DNA of 64,000 nt from Escherichia phage Ecwhy_1: the sequence record MH791411.1; one strand, 5' to 3'. Numbering within the stretch: the stretch's first letter is position 1; the number at the start of each line of letters is the position of its first letter. Positions 28,123 to 38,023 of this stretch are shown here, piece after piece. Made by a program: the position numbers and the translations under genes. Below the pieces are notes generated by a model. That model searched no databases, was not told the DNA's origin, and was given only the letters and a program-made list of their open reading frames with translations.

Positions 28123-28971
28123 TTACATTGTTTCTTTTATGTTGCGTAACATAGTATTAACTATGTTCATCTTCCCACCTAACTTGAAGTAATATTCCAA
28201 TTTATTAATAATATTACTTTTTAATATCTCAAATATTTGATATTCATTTGTTTCGAAACCAAGTTCGAATTGGAAAGTATATAAATTGTTGAATAGATGT
28301 ACCAACGATGCATCAGGTGATTCCATTGTAAATGTGTAGTTGGTACGATAACCAGTACTAATCACCACTTCCGATGATTCACCTTTCATGAATATGTCAA
28401 TATTATACATCATTGGGCGACCAGTTGCAATATCTTTCATTCGGAAGAATGCAGTACTACGATACACAACACCATCTTCGGTAACCTTTTCTTGTATAGT
28501 GATATTTGAAACTTCACTCTCTTTGAATTTGGATTCGAATGAATGAATACGATTTGATTTTTCATCATCCGTATACATAGTGCATGTATATTTTCCAAAA
28601 TCATCTCTAGATGTATATGATTTATCGCTGGCGGTTTTATAAAACGAAACCCCATTGATGTGTTCTTCTTTGTACATCATTGTGTCATTGGATTTGTAGT
28701 ATGAACAATTAGGTGTTGAAAGAGATTCAAAATTGTTCACATCATGACAGTAAGAAATAGAAGAATCGCTATACAGTACTACATCACGAATTGCAACTTC
28801 TTTTGAAGTACCTTTTTTGACAGAAATTTGAAAGTCATTGCATGGGAAGATTCTATATCCATCGTATGTATCTGATGTACTGATACCAAATGGTGTTGGG
28901 GAATTCAGAAATTCGTTGATATGTTCAAGTACTGAATACTTTTTGAAATTACGAAAATCTGTTGTATCCAT
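28123..28971 (-). CDS. hypothetical protein (282 aa)
   Basis: Long ORF. Confidence 0.55.
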   Translation of the reverse strand: MDTTDFRNFKKYSVLEHINEFLNSPTPFGISTSDTYDGYRIFPCNDFQISVKKGTSKEVAIRDVVLYSDSSISYCHDVNNFESLSTPNCSYYKSNDTMMYKEEHINGVSFYKTASDKSYTSRDDFGKYTCTMYTDDEKSNRIHSFESKFKESEVSNITIQEKVTEDGVVYRSTAFFRMKDIATGRPMMYNIDIFMKGESSEVVISTGYRTNYTFTMESPDASLVHLFNNLYTFQFELGFETNEYQIFEILKSNIINKLEYYFKLGGKMNIVNTMLRNIKETM

Positions 28972-28990
28972 AGTAATACAATCTCCTAAA

Positions 28991-29027
28991 TTTCGGACAA
29001 AAAATTAGTCGAGAATAAATCTCGACT
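28991..29027 (-). terminator. intrinsic terminator
   Basis: 8-bp stem AGTCGAGA/TCTCGACT (29007-29027) followed on minus strand by AATTTTTTGT. Confidence 0.45.
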
Positions 29028-29136
29028 TGTGTTTTACTTTACCATTCTTCATTGCTTTTTTACGGTCCACATGTGTTTGAGGTTTATTAAACTCATTCAT
29101 ATGCTTTTGTACAAAGTTGTTTACATTTTTAGCCAT
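29005..29136 (-). CDS. small basic protein (43 aa, below track cut-off)
   Basis: Hand-translated MAKNVNNFVQKHMNEFNKPQTHVDRKKAMKNGKVKHKSRFILD; GGAG RBS before ATG at 29134-29136. Confidence 0.35.
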   Translation of the reverse strand: MAKNVNNFVQKHMNEFNKPQTHVDRKKAMKNGKVKHKSRFILD

Positions 29137-29138
29137 AC

Positions 29139-29612
29139 TTACTCCAAATCGGGATCTTTAACTGTTAGGCTTTCAATATCACTTGCGTAAAGAACTACAT
29201 TAGTTTGTGTCTCTGATACTTTAAAATCATGATAACTATCTTTCACTTTAAAATTATCCAAAATAAACCCTTTACTACAACACATCATGATTTTATCATC
29301 TTTGATGGTGTATGTATTCTTTTTCTTACGTACTTCAGATTGTGGGGTAATATTATCATTGTTACGAATAACACAATCAATGTACTCGTCATTTGTACTC
29401 ATAGGCATACCCATGATAAACGAATTACTAGTACTGATTGTTAGTATGAAAACATTAGTATTTGGATTGTGAAAGAAGTCGTGCATAGTTTTACTGCATA
29501 AAAACAAGCACTGAATTATGTCCTTTACATTGAACATTATATCATGAACTTTGAATGCGTCCAACTCTAAAATGTCATCTATCTTTCCATTCTCAACAGT
29601 TTTAATCTCCAT
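29139..29612 (-). CDS. hypothetical protein
   Basis: 157 aa ORF. Confidence 0.5.
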   Translation of the reverse strand: MEIKTVENGKIDDILELDAFKVHDIMFNVKDIIQCLFLCSKTMHDFFHNPNTNVFILTISTSNSFIMGMPMSTNDEYIDCVIRNNDNITPQSEVRKKKNTYTIKDDKIMMCCSKGFILDNFKVKDSYHDFKVSETQTNVVLYASDIESLTVKDPDLE

Positions 29613-29654
29613 GATCTATCCTTGATCTTCAAAGGCACTCCATGTGCACATATA

Positions 29655-30155
29655 TTAGGTCACAGCTTTGTATTTCTCCATTGCTTCGGTGATATTCAAT
29701 ACTGCTTGCGGTACGTCACTTTTGTTGTATGCAATGGTTAGTTTTTCCATGTTATTGAGAAGACTTAGAAACAATGGAAGTACTTCTGCATTGTCACTGA
29801 AGTTACAATCATTGACAGTACTCAATTGAAATAACTCACCAGCATCAACATTGAGTGTGTTGTATTCTTTAACAATGTTTTCTTCAGTATTGAAGATGTA
29901 GAATACAGTCCCCATGTGGTGTAAGTATACACCAGTATCATTCTGAATATGACATGGGGTGATTACAATTGCTGTGTTATCAATATTATTTACTATTGTC
30001 AAACGCAGACTATGTAACCCAAAGATTACAGTACAATCCTTTGTACTGTGTTGGATCTGGTCACTAGTAAAGGAAGACCCACTATGATTTTTAGATCCAT
30101 TTAGTATTTCTTTGATAATTTTAAATGAATACTTCATCGAATTAGTTAAAAGCAT
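29655..30155 (-). CDS. hypothetical protein
   Basis: 166 aa ORF. Confidence 0.5.
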   Translation of the reverse strand: MLLTNSMKYSFKIIKEILNGSKNHSGSSFTSDQIQHSTKDCTVIFGLHSLRLTIVNNIDNTAIVITPCHIQNDTGVYLHHMGTVFYIFNTEENIVKEYNTLNVDAGELFQLSTVNDCNFSDNAEVLPLFLSLLNNMEKLTIAYNKSDVPQAVLNITEAMEKYKAVT

Positions 30156-30555
30156 GAACTTTACCTTTAAGTAAATTAATTAATGATCGCATAGATTCAG
30201 TACTGACAGTACCAAAATCAACACCTAAGCACTCGTATTGAAAGAACTCAATAGAATCAATTGAGTCCAAAGGAATCTCAACAACCTGATTCCCTATACC
30301 AGACATAGTAACATTGCTTTTATTAATCGTCAAGAAGTTTTTTGAATAAGTATTAAATTTTAGTGAAATCGCATCGGGGTGCTTTGTAACAATGCAGTAC
30401 TGGGAGCCATACACATATAGTACTTTACTTTCACTAAGATCCGTTTTAAAAAAATGAATCCCATTGAAGTATTTCTCATTGGCTCCCATCGCCGCGATTA
30501 GTTCATCTGTTGTTGTTAACCTTGTTTCGTTCTTCGTTAAACTGTTGAAAAGCAT
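30142..30555 (-). CDS. family A-like paralog
   Basis: 137 aa; S-I-E-F-F-Q-Y-E. Confidence 0.5.
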   Translation of the reverse strand: MLFNSLTKNETRLTTTDELIAAMGANEKYFNGIHFFKTDLSESKVLYVYGSQYCIVTKHPDAISLKFNTYSKNFLTINKSNVTMSGIGNQVVEIPLDSIDSIEFFQYECLGVDFGTVSTESMRSLINLLKGKVHAFN

Positions 30556-30976
30556 AGAATACTACCTTAACCATTTGTAGTGTTTCAGACATTACTTCTG
30601 ATGAAAATTCAACATCATTGAATTTCAGCATAGTGTTCTGTGTAAAGAAAGTTGCTTCTAAGTCTTCCAGATTGAAGGGTTCATCAAACAAATTAGTACT
30701 GAACATGTCAGTCTTCTTCTTGTATGTGAACAAGAATTTGGAATTATAACGAAGAACTATTTCATCTTTATTAACCAAAATACGTGCAATGTTTTGACGT
30801 GTCAATGTGGTAATGTTTAAATTGAACACGTTCTTGCGTGTTTCAGTGATATCAACAAAATACCCATCTCCCTGATGGATATTACATCGTACATCCAACC
30901 CTTTCTGTACTGTATTGAACAGTGCATCTTGAATAAAATAATTTGCTGTATCGATGTTTCCTAAAATGTCTAACAT
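30503..30976 (-). CDS. hypothetical protein
   Basis: 157 aa ORF. Confidence 0.45.
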   Translation of the reverse strand: MLDILGNIDTANYFIQDALFNTVQKGLDVRCNIHQGDGYFVDITETRKNVFNLNITTLTRQNIARILVNKDEIVLRYNSKFLFTYKKKTDMFSTNLFDEPFNLEDLEATFFTQNTMLKFNDVEFSSEVMSETLQMVKVVFYAFQQFNEERNKVNNNR

Positions 30977-31488
30977 AACTTCTCCTTGATTGCTGTCATA
31001 TTTAGAAGAAATTCTTCAAGCAATTCCTCTGTAACATACTCAACATACCAGAATATCACAATATCTTTTGAAAGTCGAGTATTCTTAAAAATATCTACTA
31101 ACTCTTTGTAGTACTCAAGATCATATACATCTTTTATAATTAGTGAGTACTGAAATAGTGATTCTTCAGTTAACTTAAATTCTGGATATAGTAAGTCATT
31201 AAATTCTAATGATTCTGATTGTACTTTTATTTTAGTGAAGTCATTTGTTAATCCACCATTACATCCATATAATGCAGCGTAATTCACGAACTTGGCTTTT
31301 GGATTAAAATCAAGAACAGTTTCACCATTATATGACAATCGGTGGAACGCCGTGAACTTTGTAATTTGCCACGGTTGCTTAATATCTAAGTCATTTATGT
31401 CTTTATTATTGTACATAAGAACAGTGAATATTTCAGCAATCTTCAATAATAATTTAGTACGTGCTAGTACTGTCATAGGTTCAATCAT
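30970..31488 (-). CDS. family A paralog
   Basis: 172 aa; T-E-E-S-L-F-Q-Y-S-L-I. Confidence 0.55.
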   Translation of the reverse strand: MIEPMTVLARTKLLLKIAEIFTVLMYNNKDINDLDIKQPWQITKFTAFHRLSYNGETVLDFNPKAKFVNYAALYGCNGGLTNDFTKIKVQSESLEFNDLLYPEFKLTEESLFQYSLIIKDVYDLEYYKELVDIFKNTRLSKDIVIFWYVEYVTEELLEEFLLNMTAIKEKLC

Positions 31489-31901
31489 TATACACCTTCA
31501 TATTCATCAAGGAAATCTTCGATGATCATTTCTGCGTCATCCATGTGCATAGCATCAACTTCGACAATGCGAACCTTAGACGTATCCCAAATCATATAGC
31601 TAGAAACTGTATCTGGTTCGTAATCGTTTTTGTACTGAACTGCATCATAGCCGTTAATTTCGCAGTACTCAATCACTCCACGCCATTCGTCATCACTGCC
31701 CATATCCGTCCACAGAAGCACGTTATCAACATCAACTTCTAAGGTATGTAAGTATACTGTATCAGCGTCAACAACGTTCAGTGGGCTTCTAAGCTTGCGT
31801 AATGCAGCTTCTAAAGCACTGTGTTTACCTCCCATATGAAGACCACCATACGGGATATAAAAGTTATCAATTTTTACAGTACTCGCATGATACAGTTTCA
31901 T
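31488..31901 (-). CDS. hypothetical protein
   Basis: 137 aa ORF, no family motif. Confidence 0.5.
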   Translation of the reverse strand: MKLYHASTVKIDNFYIPYGGLHMGGKHSALEAALRKLRSPLNVVDADTVYLHTLEVDVDNVLLWTDMGSDDEWRGVIEYCEINGYDAVQYKNDYEPDTVSSYMIWDTSKVRIVEVDAMHMDDAEMIIEDFLDEYEGV

Positions 31902-31910
31902 AATTCATTC

Positions 31911-32495
31911 CTATTTCAGTACTTTGACCAGGGCTTTAACCGCTGTTTCAAGTTGTGCAAAGTCGTTGATTGTAAGATAATGAATACCCAATGTACTCAT
32001 TTCTGAATCTATTTTACTATACAAATCGAACATGTCAAGTAGATATTGATATGTATATGACTCCGATGACACACATGATTCTTGAAATAGACGTTCTTCC
32101 ATATCATTTACTACTTCATCATTTGCGTCTCGAATCACACCATCTTTGTATGTGTAGTAAATCTCATCCCATTCATCTGATAAGCGGAATAGTAAAGGTT
32201 TACCATTAAACATCTCAAGGTCATATGCATTGACTTCACTCAATAACATATCATCAGGATCAGGTGTGAAATCGAATTGAGCGAGTGAAGAACCATCATA
32301 ATCCTTAAGGAATACACCAATAGCATTCAATTTAACTTCGCCATAATTGCCATTCTTGAACTTTACACGAATATTAATATCAATGTTTTGAACAGTATCA
32401 TCATCTTGGAATTGATAATCAATTTTATACTTTTCCCAAAGTTTTTTAATATCTTTAAAGTACTTAATTTTACTTTCTATTTCTTTAAAGTTCAT
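31911..32495 (-). CDS. family A paralog
   Basis: 194 aa; E-E-R-L-F-Q-E-S-C-V. Confidence 0.55.
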   Translation of the reverse strand: MNFKEIESKIKYFKDIKKLWEKYKIDYQFQDDDTVQNIDINIRVKFKNGNYGEVKLNAIGVFLKDYDGSSLAQFDFTPDPDDMLLSEVNAYDLEMFNGKPLLFRLSDEWDEIYYTYKDGVIRDANDEVVNDMEERLFQESCVSSESYTYQYLLDMFDLYSKIDSEMSTLGIHYLTINDFAQLETAVKALVKVLK

Positions 32496-33123
32496 CTGGA
32501 ACCGCCATCTCTTGTATGTTCTTGCATTTTATCATTGCACAATTAGTATGTAAAATGATAGCGTACTTGTGTAATGATTTAATTTTATAACACTCATTAA
32601 GTACTGAAATGATGCCCCATAACTCTTCTACATCAATAGTGATAGGTTCACTAGTACTAAGTTGCATTAGTGCTGCTTCCACATCATCTTTGTTATTGAT
32701 TTTGAACTGCATACCACGTTTCAGTATTTTGGTTTTTGGGTTATACTCTGCCATTACATCACCTTCAGGGTAACCCTCGTGTAATAATAATGTAGTCTCA
32801 TAATCTCCACAATTGAAATTAATTTCATCATAGTCAGGAACACAAATCATTCCTTCACCATATTGATTATCTACTGATTCGATTGTTAAAATACGCTGAT
32901 GTTCATTACTCAGGATAATAGAATCATGCCAGTACTGCGTAGTGAATTTACTACGTTTCTTTTGACAGCACATACTTGACATGGGACCATACTTTTTATA
33001 TAGGGACTTCTTGAATGCTATCGCATCAGGAGCCACCTTAATAACTTCTCGAATTAGGTCAATAGCTTCTTGATAACTTTTTCTCATTTGTCGTACCCAT
33101 ATAAAATATGATCTAGTGTGCAT
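32485..33123 (-). CDS. hypothetical protein
   Basis: 212 aa ORF. Confidence 0.5.
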   Translation of the reverse strand: MHTRSYFIWVRQMRKSYQEAIDLIREVIKVAPDAIAFKKSLYKKYGPMSSMCCQKKRSKFTTQYWHDSIILSNEHQRILTIESVDNQYGEGMICVPDYDEINFNCGDYETTLLLHEGYPEGDVMAEYNPKTKILKRGMQFKINNKDDVEAALMQLSTSEPITIDVEELWGIISVLNECYKIKSLHKYAIILHTNCAMIKCKNIQEMAVPDEL

Positions 33124-33635
33124 TGTACTTCTTCATGGAAGAACAGTGGGTAAATTTGTATCAATTTTTCTTTAAGTTCAAGTGAATGGCATAATTCTAA
33201 TGCTTTGATACAATCTTCATATTGAACTAAGCTATGTATTGTACTTAACTGGAAATGTTGTTCTTCAGAGTAAGCTAAATCATATACCAAATTATCATCT
33301 AAAAGGTTTGATTTCTTTGAAGGATCAAGTACTGTGTTGCTATGACCTACCCAGAAAAAAGCATTGGTGTTCATATTATTACAACCCCAACCTGCCCCCA
33401 TTTTCTGGTGAATAGCAAAGACACAACTATCATAGAGATTAATACCAAGACGTTCTTCGTTGACATAAATCGTAACACCATCGATTGTCATGGTTATTTG
33501 GAAACGCATTGAACCTTCACTTCGTGAACGTGCACAGAAGCCAAGATAACGGTTAATAATTGTATTGATTTTATCTGCCCATCCTTCCACATCTTTGGAT
33601 GCACATAATTTAAAAAGATCATGACTTTGATTCAT
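33084..33635 (-). CDS. family A paralog
   Basis: 183 aa; E-E-Q-H-F-Q-L-S-T-I-H. Confidence 0.55.
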   Translation of the reverse strand: MNQSHDLFKLCASKDVEGWADKINTIINRYLGFCARSRSEGSMRFQITMTIDGVTIYVNEERLGINLYDSCVFAIHQKMGAGWGCNNMNTNAFFWVGHSNTVLDPSKKSNLLDDNLVYDLAYSEEQHFQLSTIHSLVQYEDCIKALELCHSLELKEKLIQIYPLFFHEEVQCTLDHILYGYDK

Positions 33636-33646
33636 GTAGTTCTCCG

Positions 33647-34228
33647 TTAATCAAGCATAAGTGGCATCATCGCCCATATCTTTTTCATAATCATATCTTC
33701 AGTAAAAACAAACGTTTTAGGTGCAGTATATGATATTGACAACCCAAATGGAAGTACGATTGCATCATCAATTATATTATGAATATCAAACCATGTTTTT
33801 ACACAATCATATGGTGGAAGTTCATGTATTGTACTTAACTGAAAGTATTGTTCTTCACCAAATGTACTGCAATCAATATCACAAATTTTAGTGAATTGAT
33901 GATTCCATTTAGATATAATACTGTTTTTATTATTGAACATATTAGTTCTATGCATGAAACCATTTCTGCTAATATGATTTGATATTGCGTTTTCTTCAAT
34001 ATCATTGCTTATTTTAAAATTCATGTCAAAGTTGTAGTGCGAACTCGACGATTCTTTGAATTTTAAATGAAAATAACGATTGTTATTAATTTCCATTTCA
34101 ATACAAAACACATCCGAATCAAAACGATTAAACTTGTAATCGTTGTCTTCAGGTAGAGTCTGTAGTTTTTTCATAACACCAAGCATAGGGTGCACTAAGC
34201 TTCTAATAAAATCATTAGTTATTTTCAT
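33647..34228 (-). CDS. family A paralog
   Basis: 193 aa; E-E-Q-Y-F-Q-L-S-T-I-H. Confidence 0.55.
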   Translation of the reverse strand: MKITNDFIRSLVHPMLGVMKKLQTLPEDNDYKFNRFDSDVFCIEMEINNNRYFHLKFKESSSSHYNFDMNFKISNDIEENAISNHISRNGFMHRTNMFNNKNSIISKWNHQFTKICDIDCSTFGEEQYFQLSTIHELPPYDCVKTWFDIHNIIDDAIVLPFGLSISYTAPKTFVFTEDMIMKKIWAMMPLMLD

Positions 34229-34721
34229 AGTATTCCTTTAGAACTTTAAATGATTCAACAATACAATCTTGTGTGTAATTAGAACTATATACAATTGCAT
34301 TTGATTTGATTGACCACAGATATGACATAAAGGTTATAACACTACTACATGAACTTAATGTATTGTTTTGGAATTCATTTTCTTCAATGTTATCAGTACT
34401 GGTATTGATGAATTGGATAGTATCTTGTTTCTGATTAGACATTGAAACTAAAGTACAATCAGTATAAGGAGTGTACAAAAACGTCTCATTACTAATTGAA
34501 CTATCATTAGTATATGATGGTTTGGTAATATAAATCAAACGCATGATATCACGCTCAATACCCGATTTACGACTTTCCACTAAAGAAATCATATCTATAT
34601 TTTTCATATGATCAACATTGACATGGAACTTTTTGTTTAGAATTACATCTTTTGGGGAATTTTTATATGAAGATAAGATCTCATACATCTCAACTAATTC
34701 TCGTGCATTTAATAAACTCAT
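34215..34721 (-). CDS. family A-like paralog
   Basis: 168 aa; E-E-N-E-F-Q-N-N-T-L. Confidence 0.5.
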   Translation of the reverse strand: MSLLNARELVEMYEILSSYKNSPKDVILNKKFHVNVDHMKNIDMISLVESRKSGIERDIMRLIYITKPSYTNDSSISNETFLYTPYTDCTLVSMSNQKQDTIQFINTSTDNIEENEFQNNTLSSCSSVITFMSYLWSIKSNAIVYSSNYTQDCIVESFKVLKEYYENN

Positions 34722-35146
34722 GTTTTGTCTCTTAATGAAAGAATATCCTTAGTATAAACTGAAACTGAAATATGATTATATTTCATCATTAATTTATACA
34801 CATAAGAAGCTAGTACTAAATCGTAAATTAATTTAGTATCATACAGTACTCCGTATTGTAAAGCAAGTGAATCAATATCATCTTTACTTTCAATATCCAG
34901 AAATGTGCCGAAATATGTAGTACCGTAGAGATGAAAATTGGAATTAATGCAATCAATGCATTCATTGTCCAACAGAGTAGATGATGATGCCCTCGGTGAA
35001 TCCCAAATAGTCACTGCGTGTATGCCCTCAACGAACAAATCTATCCATATTTTGTGTCGTTGTCTTTTTTTTGTTTTATAATTTTCTGGATTTGAAAGTG
35101 TAGTTTCAATTATATCCCATATGTATAAGCATTCATCTCTTGTCAT
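34718..35146 (-). CDS. family A-like paralog (degenerate)
   Basis: 142 aa; L-A-L-Q-Y-G-V-L-Y-D. Confidence 0.45.
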   Translation of the reverse strand: MTRDECLYIWDIIETTLSNPENYKTKKRQRHKIWIDLFVEGIHAVTIWDSPRASSSTLLDNECIDCINSNFHLYGTTYFGTFLDIESKDDIDSLALQYGVLYDTKLIYDLVLASYVYKLMMKYNHISVSVYTKDILSLRDKT

Positions 35147-35724
35147 TATAGCACCTTATCCATTGCTGCATTTAATGCTTTTAAACGATCAACATTCAAA
35201 GTATTGAAGATGTACGTTCCTAAAATGTGGAAATCGAACTGGTACTTTTTGTATGTGTGATAAATTAAACTACAAAAAATAACAGTACTAAGAACCTCTT
35301 CAGGTATAACGGTGCTCATCTGAAACAGTTCTTCATCAACTGTACTTGATTCTGGATTGATAGCTTTTAACTCATACTCTTTATCACCGAATAGTACTTT
35401 AATATTATATAAAACACCAACAGTACTAATATGAAATGGATGGTGTGAAAAACTTCCATCATCATTAATTTGGATATCGGATCTAATCTCGCACTCTTCA
35501 TTACTTTTACTATTATTTTTTACAATACAAATATTCCTGGCACCAGAAATAGTAAGAATACCGTGATCGTAATATTCTTTGGACATACATTTAGATGAAA
35601 ATGACACATCACGAATGAGGTAATGTTTGTTAATTTCTTTGGCACTACCAACAATGTGTAGCATCTTTGTACTGATATCATATAGCTGTTGGTGTCGGGC
35701 TGTCATATAACTATAAGCGTTCAT
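35146..35724 (-). CDS. family A paralog
   Basis: 192 aa; D-E-E-L-F-Q-M-S-T-V. Confidence 0.55.
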   Translation of the reverse strand: MNAYSYMTARHQQLYDISTKMLHIVGSAKEINKHYLIRDVSFSSKCMSKEYYDHGILTISGARNICIVKNNSKSNEECEIRSDIQINDDGSFSHHPFHISTVGVLYNIKVLFGDKEYELKAINPESSTVDEELFQMSTVIPEEVLSTVIFCSLIYHTYKKYQFDFHILGTYIFNTLNVDRLKALNAAMDKVL

Positions 35725-36295
35725 ATGTATCCTTGATGTTTTTGATTGCCGTGTGTAGCTCTTTTAATGTATCGGATTCACAGTTAATGAACTTACTATA
35801 CATTACCAATTCACCAGTGTCAATAGCTTTTGCAGTTTCATAGCAAAGCATCATGTACTCAAACTCCTTGAAGTTGTCAAGTACTGATCTCTGGAAAATG
35901 TATGCTTCACGAATGTCTTCACTTTGATCTAGTTCTGGTGGAATTTCCAAATATGTATCATTCTCTACGTCATCAAAATTAGATTCAACAATTCGATTAA
36001 TATCTTCGTGTAAAGCATTGACAAATATCATGTTTGGAGTAATGGAACCAATTCGCTCACTATGCCTTGATGTACGGATATACATTGCCATAGTATCCCA
36101 TGAACCTTTTTTTGTCGTTCCATAATCGTAAACTTTATAAGACTCCAGTACTACTGAACCAAAACGATATGGTGATTTGCATTCAACTTTAAGACGATAA
36201 TTTCCAATAGGCTCATGTTCAGTAATGTTGTGCTTTTCAGATAGTTCTGCAATGTCATGCATCAATTTCATAATTTGAATGTGTTCAGCTTGCAT
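35711..36295 (-). CDS. family A paralog
   Basis: 194 aa; E-A-Y-I-F-Q-R-S-V-L-D. Confidence 0.55.
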   Translation of the reverse strand: MQAEHIQIMKLMHDIAELSEKHNITEHEPIGNYRLKVECKSPYRFGSVVLESYKVYDYGTTKKGSWDTMAMYIRTSRHSERIGSITPNMIFVNALHEDINRIVESNFDDVENDTYLEIPPELDQSEDIREAYIFQRSVLDNFKEFEYMMLCYETAKAIDTGELVMYSKFINCESDTLKELHTAIKNIKDTYERL

Positions 36296-36858
36296 TATAA
36301 GTCCTCTAATTTAACAGGTACATGTTCATTGATGAACGTCTTAAGAGCCAGTACTAGATCTTCTAATTCTTCTGTACTGAATTTTAATATAGTTTTAAAG
36401 ATTATCAATTCATTTCTTTCTATAATCTTTGGAATTTCATATGCTAACATAAGATTGCGAACAGTACCAGCGTTGTGTATGAGGTTCGCATTGAATAAAA
36501 GTACATCGTACTCGTCTTTTTTAATTTTATAATTGTACTCTTCAATTACTTCATGTGTGTATGTATTCTTATAAGCAATTTTATTTTTATGAAATTTATA
36601 ACCAACAGTAACACTATCATCATAAAATGTAGAACGATAATCTTGTTTTCTATCGCCGGACGAAATGATGTGTAATGCGGTGTATTTGTCCTCAACATCT
36701 AACTCAATGTTTGCATAACTGTTAACAGTTTCATTCTTTAGGACATTAATGTTATATTTCTCATTAACTTTAATGTACTGGCGTGCACCATTATCATCAA
36801 TGAACTTAAAACAATGCTTTATCAACAATGTGATTTCTTTAATTAATTCAGTGCTCAT
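36295..36858 (-). CDS. hypothetical protein
   Basis: 187 aa ORF; AGGAG RBS; first gene after internal promoter. Confidence 0.5.
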   Translation of the reverse strand: MSTELIKEITLLIKHCFKFIDDNGARQYIKVNEKYNINVLKNETVNSYANIELDVEDKYTALHIISSGDRKQDYRSTFYDDSVTVGYKFHKNKIAYKNTYTHEVIEEYNYKIKKDEYDVLLFNANLIHNAGTVRNLMLAYEIPKIIERNELIIFKTILKFSTEELEDLVLALKTFINEHVPVKLEDL

Positions 36859-36885
36859 ATCTTCTCCTGTACTCTGTTAAAAGCG

Positions 36886-36914
36886 ATTATAACACACCTG
36901 AATGCTCATGTAAA
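36886..36914 (-). promoter_or_regulatory. sigma70-like promoter TTTACA-N17-TATAAT with TG extension
   Basis: Revcomp of 36886-36914 = TTTACAtgagcattcaggtgtgtTATAAT; AGGAG RBS and ATG of 36295..36858 follow. Confidence 0.55.
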
Positions 36915-36920
36915 GCACTA

Positions 36921-36945
36921 AACACAAAAAGACCCATAAGGGTCT
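36921..36945. terminator. intrinsic terminator hairpin (usable on both strands)
   Basis: AGACCC-ataa-GGGTCT with A-run upstream and T-rich run downstream; abuts stop of 36946 gene. Confidence 0.5.
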
Positions 36946-37464
36946 TTATTTTGGTAAAACGCTGTCAATGTACGCTAGAGCCTCATCTCGGAGGTACGTT
37001 CCATCTATTGTTATGTAATAATTCTTAGGGATATCACTCCCAATCTTCTCGTAAATTTTCATACATGATATCACATCTTCATCACAAATGGTACTCAATT
37101 GAAACTGTACTTCATCAGTTAAAGGTACGATATCATGTTTAGATGGGGGGTTGGTATTTTCATTCAAAACAATATCAAACAAATTAGGAGTATTCTTTGA
37201 CGAAATGTAACGATGTTTACTACGAATTACCATTCTCGACAGAGAAATACTGGAACTCCATCTTTGGTCCACATCTTCGTATGTTAACGCAATTAACATT
37301 TCATAATAATCTTGGAATTTCATTGATGCATAATATGTTTTGTCCTCACCGTACATTCCAAATGATTTGAATTCAATGTCACCTACATTGTGTGTATCGC
37401 TATCACTATTCACGAATTTTAAAAGACTGTTGATTAGTCTGATTAGAATATCATCTTTATTCAT
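36946..37464 (-). CDS. family A paralog
   Basis: Track ORF (TTG at 37530) trimmed to ATG 37462-37464; E-V-Q-F-Q-L-S-T-I. Confidence 0.5.
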   Translation of the reverse strand: MNKDDILIRLINSLLKFVNSDSDTHNVGDIEFKSFGMYGEDKTYYASMKFQDYYEMLIALTYEDVDQRWSSSISLSRMVIRSKHRYISSKNTPNLFDIVLNENTNPPSKHDIVPLTDEVQFQLSTICDEDVISCMKIYEKIGSDIPKNYYITIDGTYLRDEALAYIDSVLPK

Positions 37465-38023
37465 TATCAGATAACTCCCTGTGCATGTTGTATAAATCTC
37501 TAAAGTCCTGATAGAAATCTTTTTCTTCAAGAATATCTTTTAAACTAGGAATCTCATCCATAATCTCATCGATATCAGTTTCAATAGTAAAACCTGATTT
37601 ATAATTTTGTAAGAGATAACTAAAAGCAACAAGATAAAGAATTTCATTTGGTTTATGAATTAACATGTGTTGGAACATAACTGATTCTAAATCAGATTCA
37701 GTACTAAGGTCAGCATAACATGTATCGTTGGTGTCAATTCGTACTGTACTTGAATTTGGATTCCATGTAAAGCAATGTGTTCCAACTGTTCCCAAACATC
37801 CTACTCTTGTACTATCATTTGTTCCCAAAAAGATATAAAAATACGTTTCATCTGTATAATCGTATTTTTGTACTTTACCTTTTTTAAGGCATAAATCATT
37901 ATCCTTTCGAAAAGTTTTAGATGATAGTGTATCAATGATGCACATTAATGTTTTTGCAAATGCAATACAATGACGTAATTCAAGTCTATGGAAATTATAA
38001 TTAGTAAAATTCATAAAATTCAT
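37457..38023 (-). CDS. family A paralog
   Basis: 188 aa; E-S-V-M-F-Q-H-M-L-I. Confidence 0.5.
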   Translation of the reverse strand: MNFMNFTNYNFHRLELRHCIAFAKTLMCIIDTLSSKTFRKDNDLCLKKGKVQKYDYTDETYFYIFLGTNDSTRVGCLGTVGTHCFTWNPNSSTVRIDTNDTCYADLSTESDLESVMFQHMLIHKPNEILYLVAFSYLLQNYKSGFTIETDIDEIMDEIPSLKDILEEKDFYQDFRDLYNMHRELSDNE

